A DNA stretch of 64,000 nt from an uncultured Roseobacter sp. (GTDB taxonomy: Bacteria > Pseudomonadota > Alphaproteobacteria > Rhodobacterales > Rhodobacteraceae), in the NCBI RefSeq assembly GCF_947493125.1, contig NZ_CANLQB010000008.1:115075-179074 (forward strand), written 5' to 3'. This document shows, one piece after another, positions 1-10,492 of this stretch (positions are counted from its first letter, which is position 1; each line of letters starts with the position of its first letter). The notes beneath the pieces are model-generated. The model made no database searches, was not told the DNA's origin, and was given only the letters and a program-made list of their open reading frames with translations. The position numbers and the translations under genes were made by a program.

Positions 1-1
1 T

Positions 2-721
2 ATCGACAACGCGGCCGTGCGGAACAGCCAGATTGCACGGCTGGACCGCATCCGCGCTGAACGGGACGAGACTGCGTGCACGGCGGCGCTCGAAGAATTG
101 ACGCGGCGGGCCGCGGAAGGGGGCAACCTTCTGGACGCTGCAGTCGAAGCGGCCCGTGCGAGGGCTTCAGTGGGAGAAATCAGCATGGCAATGGAAAAAA
201 CCTTCGGTCGTCATCGTGCGGAAGTAAAAACCCTCGCGGGTGTCTATGGTGCGGCTTATGAAGGCGACGAGGGCTTTGCAGCGATCCAGAAATCGGTGGA
301 AGAGTTCGCCGAAGCCGAAGGCCGCCGTCCGCGGATGCTGGTGGTCAAGATGGGGCAGGATGGGCATGACCGGGGTGCCAAGGTGATTGCGACGGCTTTT
401 GCCGACATCGGTTTCGACGTTGATGTGGGCCCCTTGTTCCAGACGCCGGCGGAGGCCGCACAGGACGCTATCGACAACGATGTGCACGTTATCGGGATCA
501 GCAGCCAGGCCGCCGGGCACAAGACCCTTGCGCCGCAGCTTGTCGGGGCGCTGAAAGACGCAGGTGCCGAAGACATTCTGGTCATCTGTGGCGGCGTGAT
601 CCCGCAGCAAGACTATCAGTTTCTCTATGATGCGGGGGTCAAGGCGATCTTCGGTCCGGGCACCAATATCCCCAAAGCGGCACAGGATATCTTGACGCTC
701 GTCCGCGAGGCGCGCGGGTGA
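2..721 (+). CDS. scpA: Methylmalonyl-CoA mutase, C-terminal part with the B12-binding domain; 5' end lies outside the window
   Basis: The reading frame is open to the left edge. It contains the cobalamin-binding DxHxxG motif ([10 protein letters not shown]) and the typical MCM C-terminus ([23 protein letters not shown]). Confidence 0.9.
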   Translation: MDNAAVRNSQIARLDRIRAERDETACTAALEELTRRAAEGGNLLDAAVEAARARASVGEISMAMEKTFGRHRAEVKTLAGVYGAAYEGDEGFAAIQKSVEEFAEAEGRRPRMLVVKMGQDGHDRGAKVIATAFADIGFDVDVGPLFQTPAEAAQDAIDNDVHVIGISSQAAGHKTLAPQLVGALKDAGAEDILVICGGVIPQQDYQFLYDAGVKAIFGPGTNIPKAAQDILTLVREARG

Positions 722-769
722 GCATATGCTGAGTGGACGACCTACCTCCGTTTTTGCCAGGCTGCCAAG

Positions 770-1384
770 ATGCAGCTAGATCATCTCGCGGTTGCCGGAG
801 AAAGCCTGCACGAGGCCCAGGCCTTCGTCGAAGAGGCACTCGGCGTGCCGCTGCAGCCGGGCGGCGAACATGCGGTCTTTCATACGCATAACGCACTGCT
901 GGGGCTCGATGATGGGCTTTATCTGGAAGCTATCGCGATCAATCCCGCGGCGCCGCAGCCCGAGCGCAGTCGGTGGTTCGACCTGGATCGGTTTTCCGGG
1001 CCCGCGCGGCTGACGAACTGGATCTGCAGGACAGATGATATCGCGACCGCGCTGATGGATCTGCCAGCGGGGATGGGCAGCCCCGTGGCGTTGCAGCGTG
1101 GACCCCTGCGCTGGCGGATGGCCGTGCCTGACAACGGTGTATTGCCGTTTGAGAATTCGGCGCCAGCGTTGATCCAATGGGACACAACACTGCACCCGGC
1201 TCAGATGCTGGCGCCCTCAGGCGTGTGGTTGCGCCGCTTCACAGTACAGCACCCGGAGGCCGAAGCTCTGGGCGATTTGCTCACGGTTCGACTGCAGGAT
1301 GACCGCCTGCGATTTGAAACCGGGCCGCGCGGGCTGTTTGCGGCATTCGACACGCCCCACGGCCCGCGCGAGCTTTCGTCATGA
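770..1384 (+). CDS. VOC / glyoxalase-like domain protein
   Basis: 204-aa ORF resembling the glyoxalase-like family (MQLDHLAVAG...FHTHNALL...YLEAIAINP). Its stop overlaps the next start (ATGA). Confidence 0.6.
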   Translation: MQLDHLAVAGESLHEAQAFVEEALGVPLQPGGEHAVFHTHNALLGLDDGLYLEAIAINPAAPQPERSRWFDLDRFSGPARLTNWICRTDDIATALMDLPAGMGSPVALQRGPLRWRMAVPDNGVLPFENSAPALIQWDTTLHPAQMLAPSGVWLRRFTVQHPEAEALGDLLTVRLQDDRLRFETGPRGLFAAFDTPHGPRELSS

Positions 1385-1857
1385 TCCGCACTGCCGTTGA
1401 GGCCGATGCACCTGCCATCGCCGCGCTTTGGAACCCGATGATCCGCGACACGCTGTCGACCTTCACTACGGTTGAAAAGACGGTTGCGGACCTCGAAGCC
1501 TTGATTGTCGCCCGACGGGGCGCGGTCTTTGTCGCGGAGGTTGACGGCGTAGGTGGTGGTTTCGTCACATTCGGCCCGTTCCGCGGAGGCCCCGGCTATG
1601 TCGCGACGGTTGAGCATACGGTGATCGTTGCACCGGAGCAGCAGGGCAGAGGGCTGGGGGGCAGTCTGATGGAGGCGGCGCAAGACGCCGCCCGGGCCGA
1701 TGGCAAGCATGTAATGGTAGCCGCGATCAGCCATACGAACGCAGCGGCTCATGCCTTCCACAAGCGGTTGGGTTATACGGAAGTGGCGCGCATGCCCGAG
1801 GTGGGGCTCAAGGCCAACCGTTGGTTGGATCTGGTGCTGATGCAGAAAATCCTCTGA
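1381..1857 (+). CDS. GNAT family N-acetyltransferase (phosphinothricin acetyltransferase-like)
   Basis: 158 aa with the acetyl-CoA binding motif QxxGxG (QQGRGLGGSLM). ATGA overlap with the upstream ORF. Confidence 0.8.
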   Translation: MIRTAVEADAPAIAALWNPMIRDTLSTFTTVEKTVADLEALIVARRGAVFVAEVDGVGGGFVTFGPFRGGPGYVATVEHTVIVAPEQQGRGLGGSLMEAAQDAARADGKHVMVAAISHTNAAAHAFHKRLGYTEVARMPEVGLKANRWLDLVLMQKIL

Positions 1858-1909
1858 CGCGGCGCTTCGCCACCTGACTTCCCCCGGGGCAGCGGTTAAG
1901 GTTTCTGCC

Positions 1910-2590
1910 ATGTCAATCTGGTCTCGTATATCCGATGCGCTGTCGGCTCTCGCCGCGGGCGAGGGGCTGTCCAAGGTCTTTGACCGTTTGCGCAGCCCGC
2001 CCGAGCGGTCGGTGGCTTTTACCATCGCGGTGATCGCGCTTGGCGCCAAGATGGCAAAGGCGGATGGCCAGGTGACACGAGACGAAGTGACGGCCTTCAA
2101 GGAGGTTTTTCACATTGCGGCGCAGGATGAGCAGGGCGCGGCCAAGGTCTTCAATCTCGCACGCCAGGATGTGGCGGGCTATGAAGAGTACGCCACCCGT
2201 ATCCGAGATATGTTTTCGACCCAACCCGAGACGCTGCGCGATTTGCTCGAAGGGCTGTTTCACATTGCGATGGCCGACGGGTTCTACCACCCCAATGAAG
2301 ATGCGTTTCTGGAGCGGGTGACGGAGATTTTCGGCCTGTCGAGGGCCGAGTTCAACAGCCTGCGCGTCCGCTTTGTCCCGGAGGCGGGACAGGACCCCTA
2401 TGCGGTTCTTGGTGTGACGCCGGACGCGTCCCTTGAGGAGATCCGGCGTGCCTGGCGCCGGCTGGTGCGCGAAAACCACCCCGATGCGATGATCGCGCGT
2501 GGTGTGCCGGAAGAGGCCATGCAGATGGCCCAAAAGCGTATGGCTGATATCAACCGGGCCTGGGATGAAATCGCCGGCGCTGACGCTTGA
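1910..2590 (+). CDS. DjlA-like co-chaperone (TerB-like domain plus C-terminal J domain)
   Basis: C-terminal J domain (DPYAVLGV...LVRENHPD, HPD motif) preceded by a TerB-like region (KADGQVTRDEV...). Confidence 0.8.
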   Translation: MSIWSRISDALSALAAGEGLSKVFDRLRSPPERSVAFTIAVIALGAKMAKADGQVTRDEVTAFKEVFHIAAQDEQGAAKVFNLARQDVAGYEEYATRIRDMFSTQPETLRDLLEGLFHIAMADGFYHPNEDAFLERVTEIFGLSRAEFNSLRVRFVPEAGQDPYAVLGVTPDASLEEIRRAWRRLVRENHPDAMIARGVPEEAMQMAQKRMADINRAWDEIAGADA

Positions 2591-3594
2591 TGCGGCTGGC
2601 GACCTACAACGTCGAGTGGTTCACGTCTCTCTTTGGCGATGACGATGCCCTACTGATGGATGACGTTTGGTCATCCAGGCACAATGTGACCCGCGCACAG
2701 CAAGCCTCTGCCCTCGGCCTTGTTTTCCAAAGCCTCGATGCTGATGCCGTGCTGATCATCGAGGCGCCGGATGCCAGCAGCAGACGGCGGACGGTTACCG
2801 CCCTCGAGGCATTTGCCGCGCATTTCAACTTGCGCGCGCGCACCGGGGTCATGGGCTTCATGAACGACACCCAGCAGGAGATCGCCCTGCTCTACGATCC
2901 CGACGTGCTGAGCGCCCAGCACAAGCCCAGAGCCGGAACGGCATCCGTGCCGCGGTTCGATGGCACGTTCGAGATCGACCTCGATATCGACGCCACCCGG
3001 GACAAAGTGCAGTTCTCCAAACCTCCACTGGAGCTGGGCATCGAGACCGCCGCCGGAACAGCCTTCAGCCTGATAGGTGCACATCTGAAGTCAAAAGCGC
3101 CGCATGGCGCGCGCAACGCTGCTCATGCCATGAAACTGGCCATCGCCAATAGACGCAAACAACTTGCGCAAGCCATCTGGCTGCGAGCGCGGATTGATCA
3201 GCTGCTCGAAGAGGGGCGGTCGGTGGTCGTCATGGGGGATCTCAACGACGGCCCTGGCCTCGACGAATTCGAGGGACTTTTTGGACAATCATCTTTGGAG
3301 ATCGTTCTGGACGGGCCCGGCGGGGCGCTCTTTGACCCGCACGCCCGGCAGGCCCTTTCCGCCCGCCTAGGCGCTGCGCCGACCTCCGCGCGCTTCTGGA
3401 TCAAGCAGGAGAAGCGCTATCTGCAGGCCTTGTTGGACTACGTGATGGTGACGGCGGACATTCGGCAGCGCAATGCACGTTGGCGTATATGGCATCCACT
3501 GGACGATCCGGACTGCTGGGCCGACACAGCACTCCGCGATGCGCTGGTGACAGCCTCGGATCATTTTCCGGTCACGCTGGATGTGGATATCTGA
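2587..3594 (+). CDS. Endonuclease/exonuclease/phosphatase (EEP) family protein
   Basis: N-terminal LATYNVEWF and C-terminal ASDHFPVTLDV are EEP signatures. The start overlaps the upstream stop. Confidence 0.8.
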   Translation: MMRLATYNVEWFTSLFGDDDALLMDDVWSSRHNVTRAQQASALGLVFQSLDADAVLIIEAPDASSRRRTVTALEAFAAHFNLRARTGVMGFMNDTQQEIALLYDPDVLSAQHKPRAGTASVPRFDGTFEIDLDIDATRDKVQFSKPPLELGIETAAGTAFSLIGAHLKSKAPHGARNAAHAMKLAIANRRKQLAQAIWLRARIDQLLEEGRSVVVMGDLNDGPGLDEFEGLFGQSSLEIVLDGPGGALFDPHARQALSARLGAAPTSARFWIKQEKRYLQALLDYVMVTADIRQRNARWRIWHPLDDPDCWADTALRDALVTASDHFPVTLDVDI

Positions 3595-3631
3595 CCTCGA
3601 AGAATCGTCTCAAAATCCCTATACTTTTGCT

Positions 3632-3952
3632 ATGGACCGACGTTTTGGAATAGCGATAGCGTGCTGCCTGATCACTTCCGCGGCAGTGGCACAGGAGGAA
3701 GACCCGCCGTCCATGATGGAGCGCGGGGCCCAGCAGTTCCTCGAGGGGTTGCTGCTGGAAATGGAGCCTGCCTTGGACAGTATGCGTGGTTTCATGGATC
3801 AAATGGGACCGGCGCTGGCCGATCTGATGGGGCAGATTGAGGACTGGTCGGTGTATGAGGCGCCCGAGATTTTGCCCAACGGAGATATCATCATCCGCCG
3901 TAAGCCAGAGAAGGAGCCCGAGCCGGAGCTGCAGCCTCAAATAGATTTGTGA
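3632..3952 (+). CDS. Hypothetical secreted protein
   Basis: An internal ATG gives a signal-peptide-like N-terminus (MDRRFGIAIACCLITSAAVAQ). The 3' end overlaps the convergent ppx by 16 nt. I recognise no family. Confidence 0.45.
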   Translation: MDRRFGIAIACCLITSAAVAQEEDPPSMMERGAQQFLEGLLLEMEPALDSMRGFMDQMGPALADLMGQIEDWSVYEAPEILPNGDIIIRRKPEKEPEPELQPQIDL

Positions 3953-5526
3953 GCACGCCCGCGGACCTTCTTGATCTGAACCTCGGCCCCAAGCGAGTTG
4001 GCCAAAGACATCAACCGCGCTTCGGCCACCTCGCCGAAAAGCGGGATCATGTCCGGGGTGAGCCGAAGGTGCAACTCTTTCTTTTTCGGGAACCAGCGTA
4101 GGGTCCCGCGCTCGGCGTCCTGTGTCATCCAAAGCATCGCGCCGAAGCGCATGGCCTTGCCCAGAATTTCCGCCTCAAGCTGCGCTTTTTCGTCGATCAG
4201 CTCATAGAGGTTTTCGAACCGTGTGCCCTCGCGCTTGTTCGAGTACCGGTGCAGCAGGGCCAACCCGAGAAAGACGCGCTCCGAGTGTTTGAGACCGCCG
4301 AGGTTCGCGCGTGTCGCGTTGTCGAAACAGGTCTCCGCGCGGTAGTCGGGGTGCGCGCGCCAGCTGACGTCGTGCAGAAGACACGCGGCCTTGACAAGGC
4401 GCCGCCGCTGCTCGGGGATTGCGCGAAAAATGGGGTGAATGAAGGCGTAGAGGAGCTTGCCGAAGCCCGGCATACGCGCGTCCTTGGCCTCGGCGAAGCG
4501 GCAGGCTTCGATCAGCGGATCGCGGTCGCGCAGGCGTTGGGGCATTTGCTCATAGAGCATGCCTTCACGTATGCCGTAGCTCGAGATCGCAATGTCTTTT
4601 GGACGAAAGGTCTTGACCAGCCGGCTCAGAACTTCGGCGGCCAAGGGGACAAGGCTCATCCGGGCCGACGAGATGCCACAGGCAGACCGCAGCTCCTCGA
4701 GATCCGCCTCGGCAATGAATTTCGCCGTGGCGCTCACGCTGCGGGCGGTCATTCGGTACTCATGCAGCACATGCAGCGGGTAGTTCCGACGGTACATGTC
4801 GATCCGCGCAATGGCCCGCCAAGAGCCGCCAACCAGAAACAGCCGGTCCCGCTGGAGGCCCATCGTGTCCTGCAGTTGCTGCATTGTTTCTTTGATGTGA
4901 GCCTTTCGGGCGCGTTTGCCGCCCTTGATCTCCTGCAGCTTCAAGGGGCCGAGGGATGAGGTCACACGCCGTCCAACCCTGCCGCCCGAGATTTCAGCCA
5001 GCTCCATCGAAGAGCCGCCGATATCGCACACCAGCCCGTAGGAGCCGGGCCACCCCAACAGCACACCCTGCGCGGACAGACGCGCCTCCTCCTCTCCGTC
5101 TATGACCCAGATGCGCAGACCCGTCTCTCGCAACACCTCTTCGCGAAAGTCCGACCCATCGCTGGCATCCCGCACTGCTGCGGTGGCGACAACGGTCAAC
5201 TCCGGCAGGCCCATACCTTGGGCGAGATGCTGAAATCGGCGAAGTGCACTAAGCGCGCGAATACGGCCTTCGGGGTTGAGTTTGCCGCTGTCCGACAGAC
5301 CCGCGCCCAGAGCGCACATGATCTTTTCGTTGTAAAAATAGGCAGGCGAACGCGCCGCACCGTCAAAAACAACCAGCCGCACGGAGTTCGAGCCGACATC
5401 GACGACACCGACGCGGGAGAGGGCTCGTGCGCTGGGATCCTGAAAAAGCGGTCTGCCGAAGAGACCGACATCCGGGTGATCGGCCTGCGCCCCTGCAAGG
5501 TCCGGCAGTTCGGTGGCGTGGTTCAT
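3937..5526 (-). CDS. ppx: Exopolyphosphatase (Ppx/GppA family)
   Basis: Ppx/GppA ATPase fold motifs (VVDVGSNSVRLVVF, DIGGSSMEL) and a C-terminal HD-like region. It lies directly downstream of ppk1. Start set at MNHATEL; the ORF-track start at 5574 is also possible. Confidence 0.85.
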   Translation of the reverse strand: MNHATELPDLAGAQADHPDVGLFGRPLFQDPSARALSRVGVVDVGSNSVRLVVFDGAARSPAYFYNEKIMCALGAGLSDSGKLNPEGRIRALSALRRFQHLAQGMGLPELTVVATAAVRDASDGSDFREEVLRETGLRIWVIDGEEEARLSAQGVLLGWPGSYGLVCDIGGSSMELAEISGGRVGRRVTSSLGPLKLQEIKGGKRARKAHIKETMQQLQDTMGLQRDRLFLVGGSWRAIARIDMYRRNYPLHVLHEYRMTARSVSATAKFIAEADLEELRSACGISSARMSLVPLAAEVLSRLVKTFRPKDIAISSYGIREGMLYEQMPQRLRDRDPLIEACRFAEAKDARMPGFGKLLYAFIHPIFRAIPEQRRRLVKAACLLHDVSWRAHPDYRAETCFDNATRANLGGLKHSERVFLGLALLHRYSNKREGTRFENLYELIDEKAQLEAEILGKAMRFGAMLWMTQDAERGTLRWFPKKKELHLRLTPDMIPLFGEVAEARLMSLANSLGAEVQIKKVRGRAHKSI

Positions 5527-5628
5527 GTCGGCATCCGGCGTTGAGTGATGCCACCCTGTGCAAAATTGCCTCACGGGTCAACACGTGCCGCTGTGGAAAA
5601 TGCGTGTCGCGGTCCGTGGCCGCGGCGG

Positions 5629-7803
5629 TCAGTCCTTGGTGTGCGTCAGTTTCGGCACATCCGACGCACCCGCCGACCCACGCCCGGAGAGCGAGGGGTT
5701 TTCCATGAAGAACCTATGACAATTGAAGGCGAAGGCGCCCTCAGGAAGCGGCGGACGCTCAAAGTGGCCGTCGGGTTCCATGACCCAGCTCTGCGCGACA
5801 TCAGCGAGATTGGCCGCCATGATCTGGCTGACGATCTGGGCCTTTACCGTTGGGTTCTCGATTTCCACCAGCGTCTCCACGCGGCGGTTCAGGTTACGCC
5901 CCATCCAGTCGGCGGACGAGATGAACACGCGCGCCTTCTTGTGCGGCAGGCCCTCGCCATTGCCGAAGCAGACGATGCGTGAATGCTCGAGAAAACGCCC
6001 GACAATCGATTTGACGCGGATGTTGTCGCTCAGCCCCTTTATCCCGGGGCGCAAACCGCAGATGCCGCGAATGACCAGGCTGATTTTCACACCGGCCTGG
6101 GATGCAGCATAAAGCGCGTCGATCACCTCGCTGTCGATCAGCGAATTCATCTTGGCCCAGATGACGGCGGGTTTCCCAGCACGGGCGTGCTCCGCCTCTG
6201 CGGCGATCAGTTCGAGAAGGCGCGGCTTCAACGTGGTGGGCGAGATCGCGAGGTTGTCGAGGCTATCCGGCTGCGCATAGCCAGAGAGGAAGTTGAAGAC
6301 CTTGGTGGCATCGCGCCCCAACCGCGCATCGCAGGTGAAGAGCGACAGGTCCGTGTAGATGCGCGCGGTGATCGGATGGTAGTTGCCGGTGCCATAGTGT
6401 GTGTAGGTCACCAACTGATTGCCCTCCCGCCGCACGACCGTGGAGATCTTGGCGTGCGTTTTGAGGTCGAGAAATCCGTAGACCACATGCGCACCGGCCC
6501 GTTCGAGCCGTCGCGACTGGCGGATGTTGGCCGCCTCGTCAAATCGCGCTTTCAATTCAACCAGGGCGGTAACGGATTTGCCGTCTTCGGCCGCTTCGCA
6601 AAGGGCCTCGACAATGGGGCTGTCGCGCGATGTGCGATAGAGCGTCTGCTTGATCGCCACCACCTTCGGGTCGCGCGCGGCCTGTTGCAGGAATCGCACC
6701 ACCATGTCGAAGGTTTCATAGGGATGGTGCAGCAGCATGTCCTTGGAGCGGATCGCGGCCAGCATGTCACCATCGTGGTCCGTCACACGTTCCGGCACCC
6801 GGGGTGTGAACATCGGCCACAGAAGGTCGGGACGGGCATCGAGCACCAGCTCCTTCAGATCAGCGGAGCCGATCATCCCATTGATTTCGATCACTTCTTC
6901 CTGATTGACGCCCAGCTCTTCCATGATCACGGATTTAAGTGCCTCGGGTGCACCGGCGGAATGGGTGAGCCGCACAACCTCGCCGCGCCGCCGCCGTTTG
7001 AGGGCCACTTCGAACTCGCGCACCAGATCTTCGGCTTCTTCCTCGACCTCGAGGTCACTGTCGCGCAGCACACGAAACTCGAAGTAAGCCTTCAGCTTGT
7101 AACCCGGAAAAAGCCCTCCGACATTCAGCACCAGCAATTCTTCGAGTGGCAGGAAGCGGTGATGCCCCTCTTCTGCGGGCAATGCAACAAAGCGGTCGAT
7201 CTGGGCCGGGATCGGCAGCAATGCCTGCAACGGGCGCTTGTCCGAGACCCGCTCGAGCTGCAGCGCCAGTGCATAGCCGGTGTTTGGGATGAAGGGGAAG
7301 GGATGCGCAGGGTCGATGGCGAGCGGCGAGAGCACCGCGAAGACCTGTGTCAGGAAGACGTCGTCAAGATAGGAACGATCTGCCTTTGTCAGATCGGCGG
7401 CGCGCAGAACGGAAATGTTCTCCGCCTCCATTTCCTTGAGCAGATCCACGAGCACCCGCTGCTGGGTTTCCATCAGGCGGCGGGCGTTCTCATCTATAAG
7501 ACGTAGCTGCTCCGCCGGCGTCAGGCCGTCGGCTGCGGGTGTCGTGTTGCCTGCATGGGCCAGCTCGCGCAGGCCGGCAACACGCACCGTGTAGAATTCG
7601 TCGAGATTGGCCGCTGAAATCGACAGGAAACGCAACCGTTCCAGCAGCGGGACGCGGGGATTCTCCGCCTCCTGAACCACACGCCAGTTGAACCCGAGCC
7701 AACTGATCTCGCGGTTAAAAAACCGCTCCGGGCCATCGGCATCAAAATCCGGCAGTGCGGTTGCGGCAGGAAAGTCGGCGGCGAGAAAGTCAGCTTTGGT
7801 CAT
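5629..7803 (-). CDS. ppk1: Polyphosphate kinase 1
   Basis: 724 aa, full-length PPK1-like ([19 protein letters not shown], ...[12 protein letters not shown]..., paired PLD-like domains). Confidence 0.95.
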   Translation of the reverse strand: MTKADFLAADFPAATALPDFDADGPERFFNREISWLGFNWRVVQEAENPRVPLLERLRFLSISAANLDEFYTVRVAGLRELAHAGNTTPAADGLTPAEQLRLIDENARRLMETQQRVLVDLLKEMEAENISVLRAADLTKADRSYLDDVFLTQVFAVLSPLAIDPAHPFPFIPNTGYALALQLERVSDKRPLQALLPIPAQIDRFVALPAEEGHHRFLPLEELLVLNVGGLFPGYKLKAYFEFRVLRDSDLEVEEEAEDLVREFEVALKRRRRGEVVRLTHSAGAPEALKSVIMEELGVNQEEVIEINGMIGSADLKELVLDARPDLLWPMFTPRVPERVTDHDGDMLAAIRSKDMLLHHPYETFDMVVRFLQQAARDPKVVAIKQTLYRTSRDSPIVEALCEAAEDGKSVTALVELKARFDEAANIRQSRRLERAGAHVVYGFLDLKTHAKISTVVRREGNQLVTYTHYGTGNYHPITARIYTDLSLFTCDARLGRDATKVFNFLSGYAQPDSLDNLAISPTTLKPRLLELIAAEAEHARAGKPAVIWAKMNSLIDSEVIDALYAASQAGVKISLVIRGICGLRPGIKGLSDNIRVKSIVGRFLEHSRIVCFGNGEGLPHKKARVFISSADWMGRNLNRRVETLVEIENPTVKAQIVSQIMAANLADVAQSWVMEPDGHFERPPLPEGAFAFNCHRFFMENPSLSGRGSAGASDVPKLTHTKD

Positions 7804-7843
7804 GAGGGCCTTGTGCGCGTCCCGTGTAACTTATCTATGACAG

Positions 7844-8515
7844 TTATCGCGCGCTGCCTTGACCCTTGTCCAGCAGTGGTCCCGCAAGTGTCCGTGATAT
7901 TGGGCGTTTTTGTGCCAGCGAGGCCGCGTCGAGGCTTTCAACGAGATCCCGGGCAGCGGCAAACGATCGATCCATGCGGAGGATCAGATAAGGGATCAGA
8001 TCAGCCTTCGGCATCAGCTGCCGGTCTGAAAAGAGCTTGGCCAGAACTGCGGCCAGCAAGGTGTCGTCGGGCAGCTCAAGCGTCGCGGCAGGCGCTGCCG
8101 CAATCCGGCTCGCAAGGTCAGGTAGCGTGATCCCCCAATCCCGGACAGGGCCGCGCCCGGTCAGCAGCAGCGGGTGCCCTTCGGCAAGAACCATGTTGTG
8201 TAGGTGAAAAAGCGCATTCTGCGCTTGCGGCTCGGATGCGATGGTCGGGACATCCTCGACGGCGACAGCGCCTTCTGCAAGGCCCGGCACATCCGCCGAA
8301 CGAAGGTCCCGCGCCGCAATGATCCGAGCCTTGTGCTGTGCCGCCCAGACATGCGCCAGATGTGTCTTGCCAGCCCCATCCGGACCTGTCAGCACCAGCT
8401 TTTCGGCAGAGCTTTCGATCATCGCCACAGCGACGGCATTGGAGGGCGCGACGAGAAAGTCCGCCCGCCCCAGCGCCGGGACGCTTGGAAGCTGAAGGCC
8501 AAGTTGCTCCGGCAT
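7844..8515 (-). CDS. hdaA: DnaA regulatory inactivator HdaA-like protein
   Basis: Start set at MPEQLGLQLP. It has an AAA-like P-loop (TGPDGAGKTHL) and matches the alphaproteobacterial Hda family pattern. It sits between perM and ppk1. Confidence 0.75.
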   Translation of the reverse strand: MPEQLGLQLPSVPALGRADFLVAPSNAVAVAMIESSAEKLVLTGPDGAGKTHLAHVWAAQHKARIIAARDLRSADVPGLAEGAVAVEDVPTIASEPQAQNALFHLHNMVLAEGHPLLLTGRGPVRDWGITLPDLASRIAAAPAATLELPDDTLLAAVLAKLFSDRQLMPKADLIPYLILRMDRSFAAARDLVESLDAASLAQKRPISRTLAGPLLDKGQGSAR

Positions 8516-8516
8516 G

Positions 8517-9584
8517 TCAGTCCTCGTTTTGTCCCGACTGCCCACGATAGAGCAGCGAGCCCTTATACTGGCTGACAGCGAAGCGGGCGATAACGCCGAT
8601 TGCGGCGGCCATTGGTACGGCGACCAGCATACCGACAAAGCCGAAAGCCGCGCCGAATACGGACAGCGCGAGAATGAGCCAGACCGGGTGCAGCCCCACC
8701 GAATTTCCCACGAGCTTCGGGGTCAGGATGTTGCCTTCCACGACCTGGCCGACGACGAAGATGCCTGCAACCAATCCGATGGACACCCAGTCGCCCCAGA
8801 ATTGAAACAGGGCGAGACCAATGGCGAGGGCGCCCCCGATCAGTGCGCCGAGATAGGGGATAAAGGTCACAAGTCCGGCCACGAACCCAACAACCAGGCC
8901 GAACTGCAGCCCGACAATCATCAGCGCAATCGCGTAGTAGGTGCCCAGGATCAGACAGACGGTGCCCATGCCCCGAATGAAAGAGGCCAGGGTTGCATCA
9001 ATCTCGCGCGCCAGCATGCGGATGGTGTCGGCGTGATCACGCGGCAGCAGATCGTCGATGCGTGCGACCATCCGGTCCCAGTCCAGCAAAAGGTAGACGG
9101 AGACAACAGGCACGATCACCAACAGGACAACCACGTTGAGGATCGAGGCCACCGAGCTCAGCGCCGTGTTCAGAAGCTCTGCGCCGCGGCTCCGGATCGT
9201 CTCGCCCAGCGAGCTGATGGATTGCCGCAGGGTCGAGCTGGCATCCAGCAGGGACGGAAAGCGCTCGGTCAGAAAGGCGGTGATGCTCTTCGCGTAGTCC
9301 GGTGCGACGTTGAAGAGTTGAAGCGCCTGGTTCGTCAGCGTCGGGATGACCAGCAGCGCCATCAGCACGAAGATCAGGATCCCGACGACCGTGATCAGAC
9401 CGGTGGCGGCGACGCGGCTCAAGCCCATCCTTTCAAGCCGGTCTGCAACCGGATCCAGGAAATAGGCAATTGCACCGCCCAGGACGAAGGGCAGGAGCAC
9501 ATGACCCATGGCCCAAAGCACCGCCATAAAAGCCGCCGTGGCGATCCCCCAATAGAGCAGCTGTTTCTGAATAGGCAGGGCCAT
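8517..9584 (-). CDS. AI-2E family transporter (PerM-like permease)
   Basis: 355-aa polytopic membrane protein with the typical AI-2E profile. Its stop is 1 nt from the hdaA start. Confidence 0.85.
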   Translation of the reverse strand: MALPIQKQLLYWGIATAAFMAVLWAMGHVLLPFVLGGAIAYFLDPVADRLERMGLSRVAATGLITVVGILIFVLMALLVIPTLTNQALQLFNVAPDYAKSITAFLTERFPSLLDASSTLRQSISSLGETIRSRGAELLNTALSSVASILNVVVLLVIVPVVSVYLLLDWDRMVARIDDLLPRDHADTIRMLAREIDATLASFIRGMGTVCLILGTYYAIALMIVGLQFGLVVGFVAGLVTFIPYLGALIGGALAIGLALFQFWGDWVSIGLVAGIFVVGQVVEGNILTPKLVGNSVGLHPVWLILALSVFGAAFGFVGMLVAVPMAAAIGVIARFAVSQYKGSLLYRGQSGQNED

Positions 9585-9680
9585 GATGCGATCCGGTGTG
9601 ACTCCTCAGGGTGACATCGCCCATGCGGGCGCGGCATTCAAGGGGGATCATCGCATTGCAGCGCGCACCATGCGCAAGAA

Positions 9681-9703
9681 AGCCCCCGCGTTTTGCGGGG
9701 GCT
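9681..9703. terminator. GC-rich hairpin, probable terminator downstream of the fasciclin gene
   Basis: AGCCCCCGC-gtttt-GCGGGGGCT forms a perfect 9-bp stem. It is flanked by an A-rich tract on the left and a T-rich tract on the right, and lies 24 nt past the fasciclin stop. Confidence 0.55.
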
Positions 9704-9726
9704 TTCGTGTTGCGACGTGGTGCGGC

Positions 9727-10242
9727 TCAGTGGCAGGCCGGGCGCGTGCCAGGCAGCAGCACCTTGTCCACCACGTGGATTACGCCGTTGTCCGCTTCAA
9801 TGTTGGCAACGATCACATTGGCGCTCTCGCCCGTGCCGTCGGCAATAGATACCCCGTCAGCGCCCTTACTGATGCAGAGACGCTCCGAAGCCAGGACCGG
9901 CTTGAAGTAGTTAGACCCGCTTGGAATCATCTCGGCTGTCAGCTTGCGATCATCCACGTGATAGAGCAGCACGTTGGTCAGTTGATCCTTGTTTTCCGGT
10001 TGCAGCAGGGTCTCTACAGTGCCGTCTGGCAACGCGGCGAACGCGTCATTGACCGGTGCGTAAACGGTGAACGGGCCGGGGCCCTGCAGTGTTTCGACCA
10101 AACCGGCTGCCGAGACTGCTGCCACGAGGGTCGAGAAGCGCTCGTCACCCGAGGCGATCTCAACGATATCCGCGGCGTGTGCTACGGAGCCAAGTGTCAG
10201 AGCGGTGGCAGCAGCGCCTGCGATTTTGCGAAAATGTATCAT
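9727..10242 (-). CDS. Fasciclin (FAS1) domain protein, secreted
   Basis: Signal peptide followed by FAS1 motifs (FTVYAPVNDAFAALP, NGVIHVVDKVLLP). Confidence 0.85.
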   Translation of the reverse strand: MIHFRKIAGAAATALTLGSVAHAADIVEIASGDERFSTLVAAVSAAGLVETLQGPGPFTVYAPVNDAFAALPDGTVETLLQPENKDQLTNVLLYHVDDRKLTAEMIPSGSNYFKPVLASERLCISKGADGVSIADGTGESANVIVANIEADNGVIHVVDKVLLPGTRPACH

Positions 10243-10492
10243 GGGTCATACCTCCTTGAAGACCATCCATGTCCCTGCGACATACAAGGCCTACGGCTCC
10301 GGGTGAGCGGCAGATCAGCGTTCTCGCAGTCTTGTGATATTTGTGTAATATTTGCACACGTCTTAAATTGGAACATTCTTATGGCCTCCTGGCGTAGCTT
10401 TCCACGCGCCGCGACCGGCTGCTGGTTTCGCGATTGCGAGCCCCGGCGCTTTGGCCTAATCAGGGCAGAGCCGAGCTTTGAGAGGAACTCCC

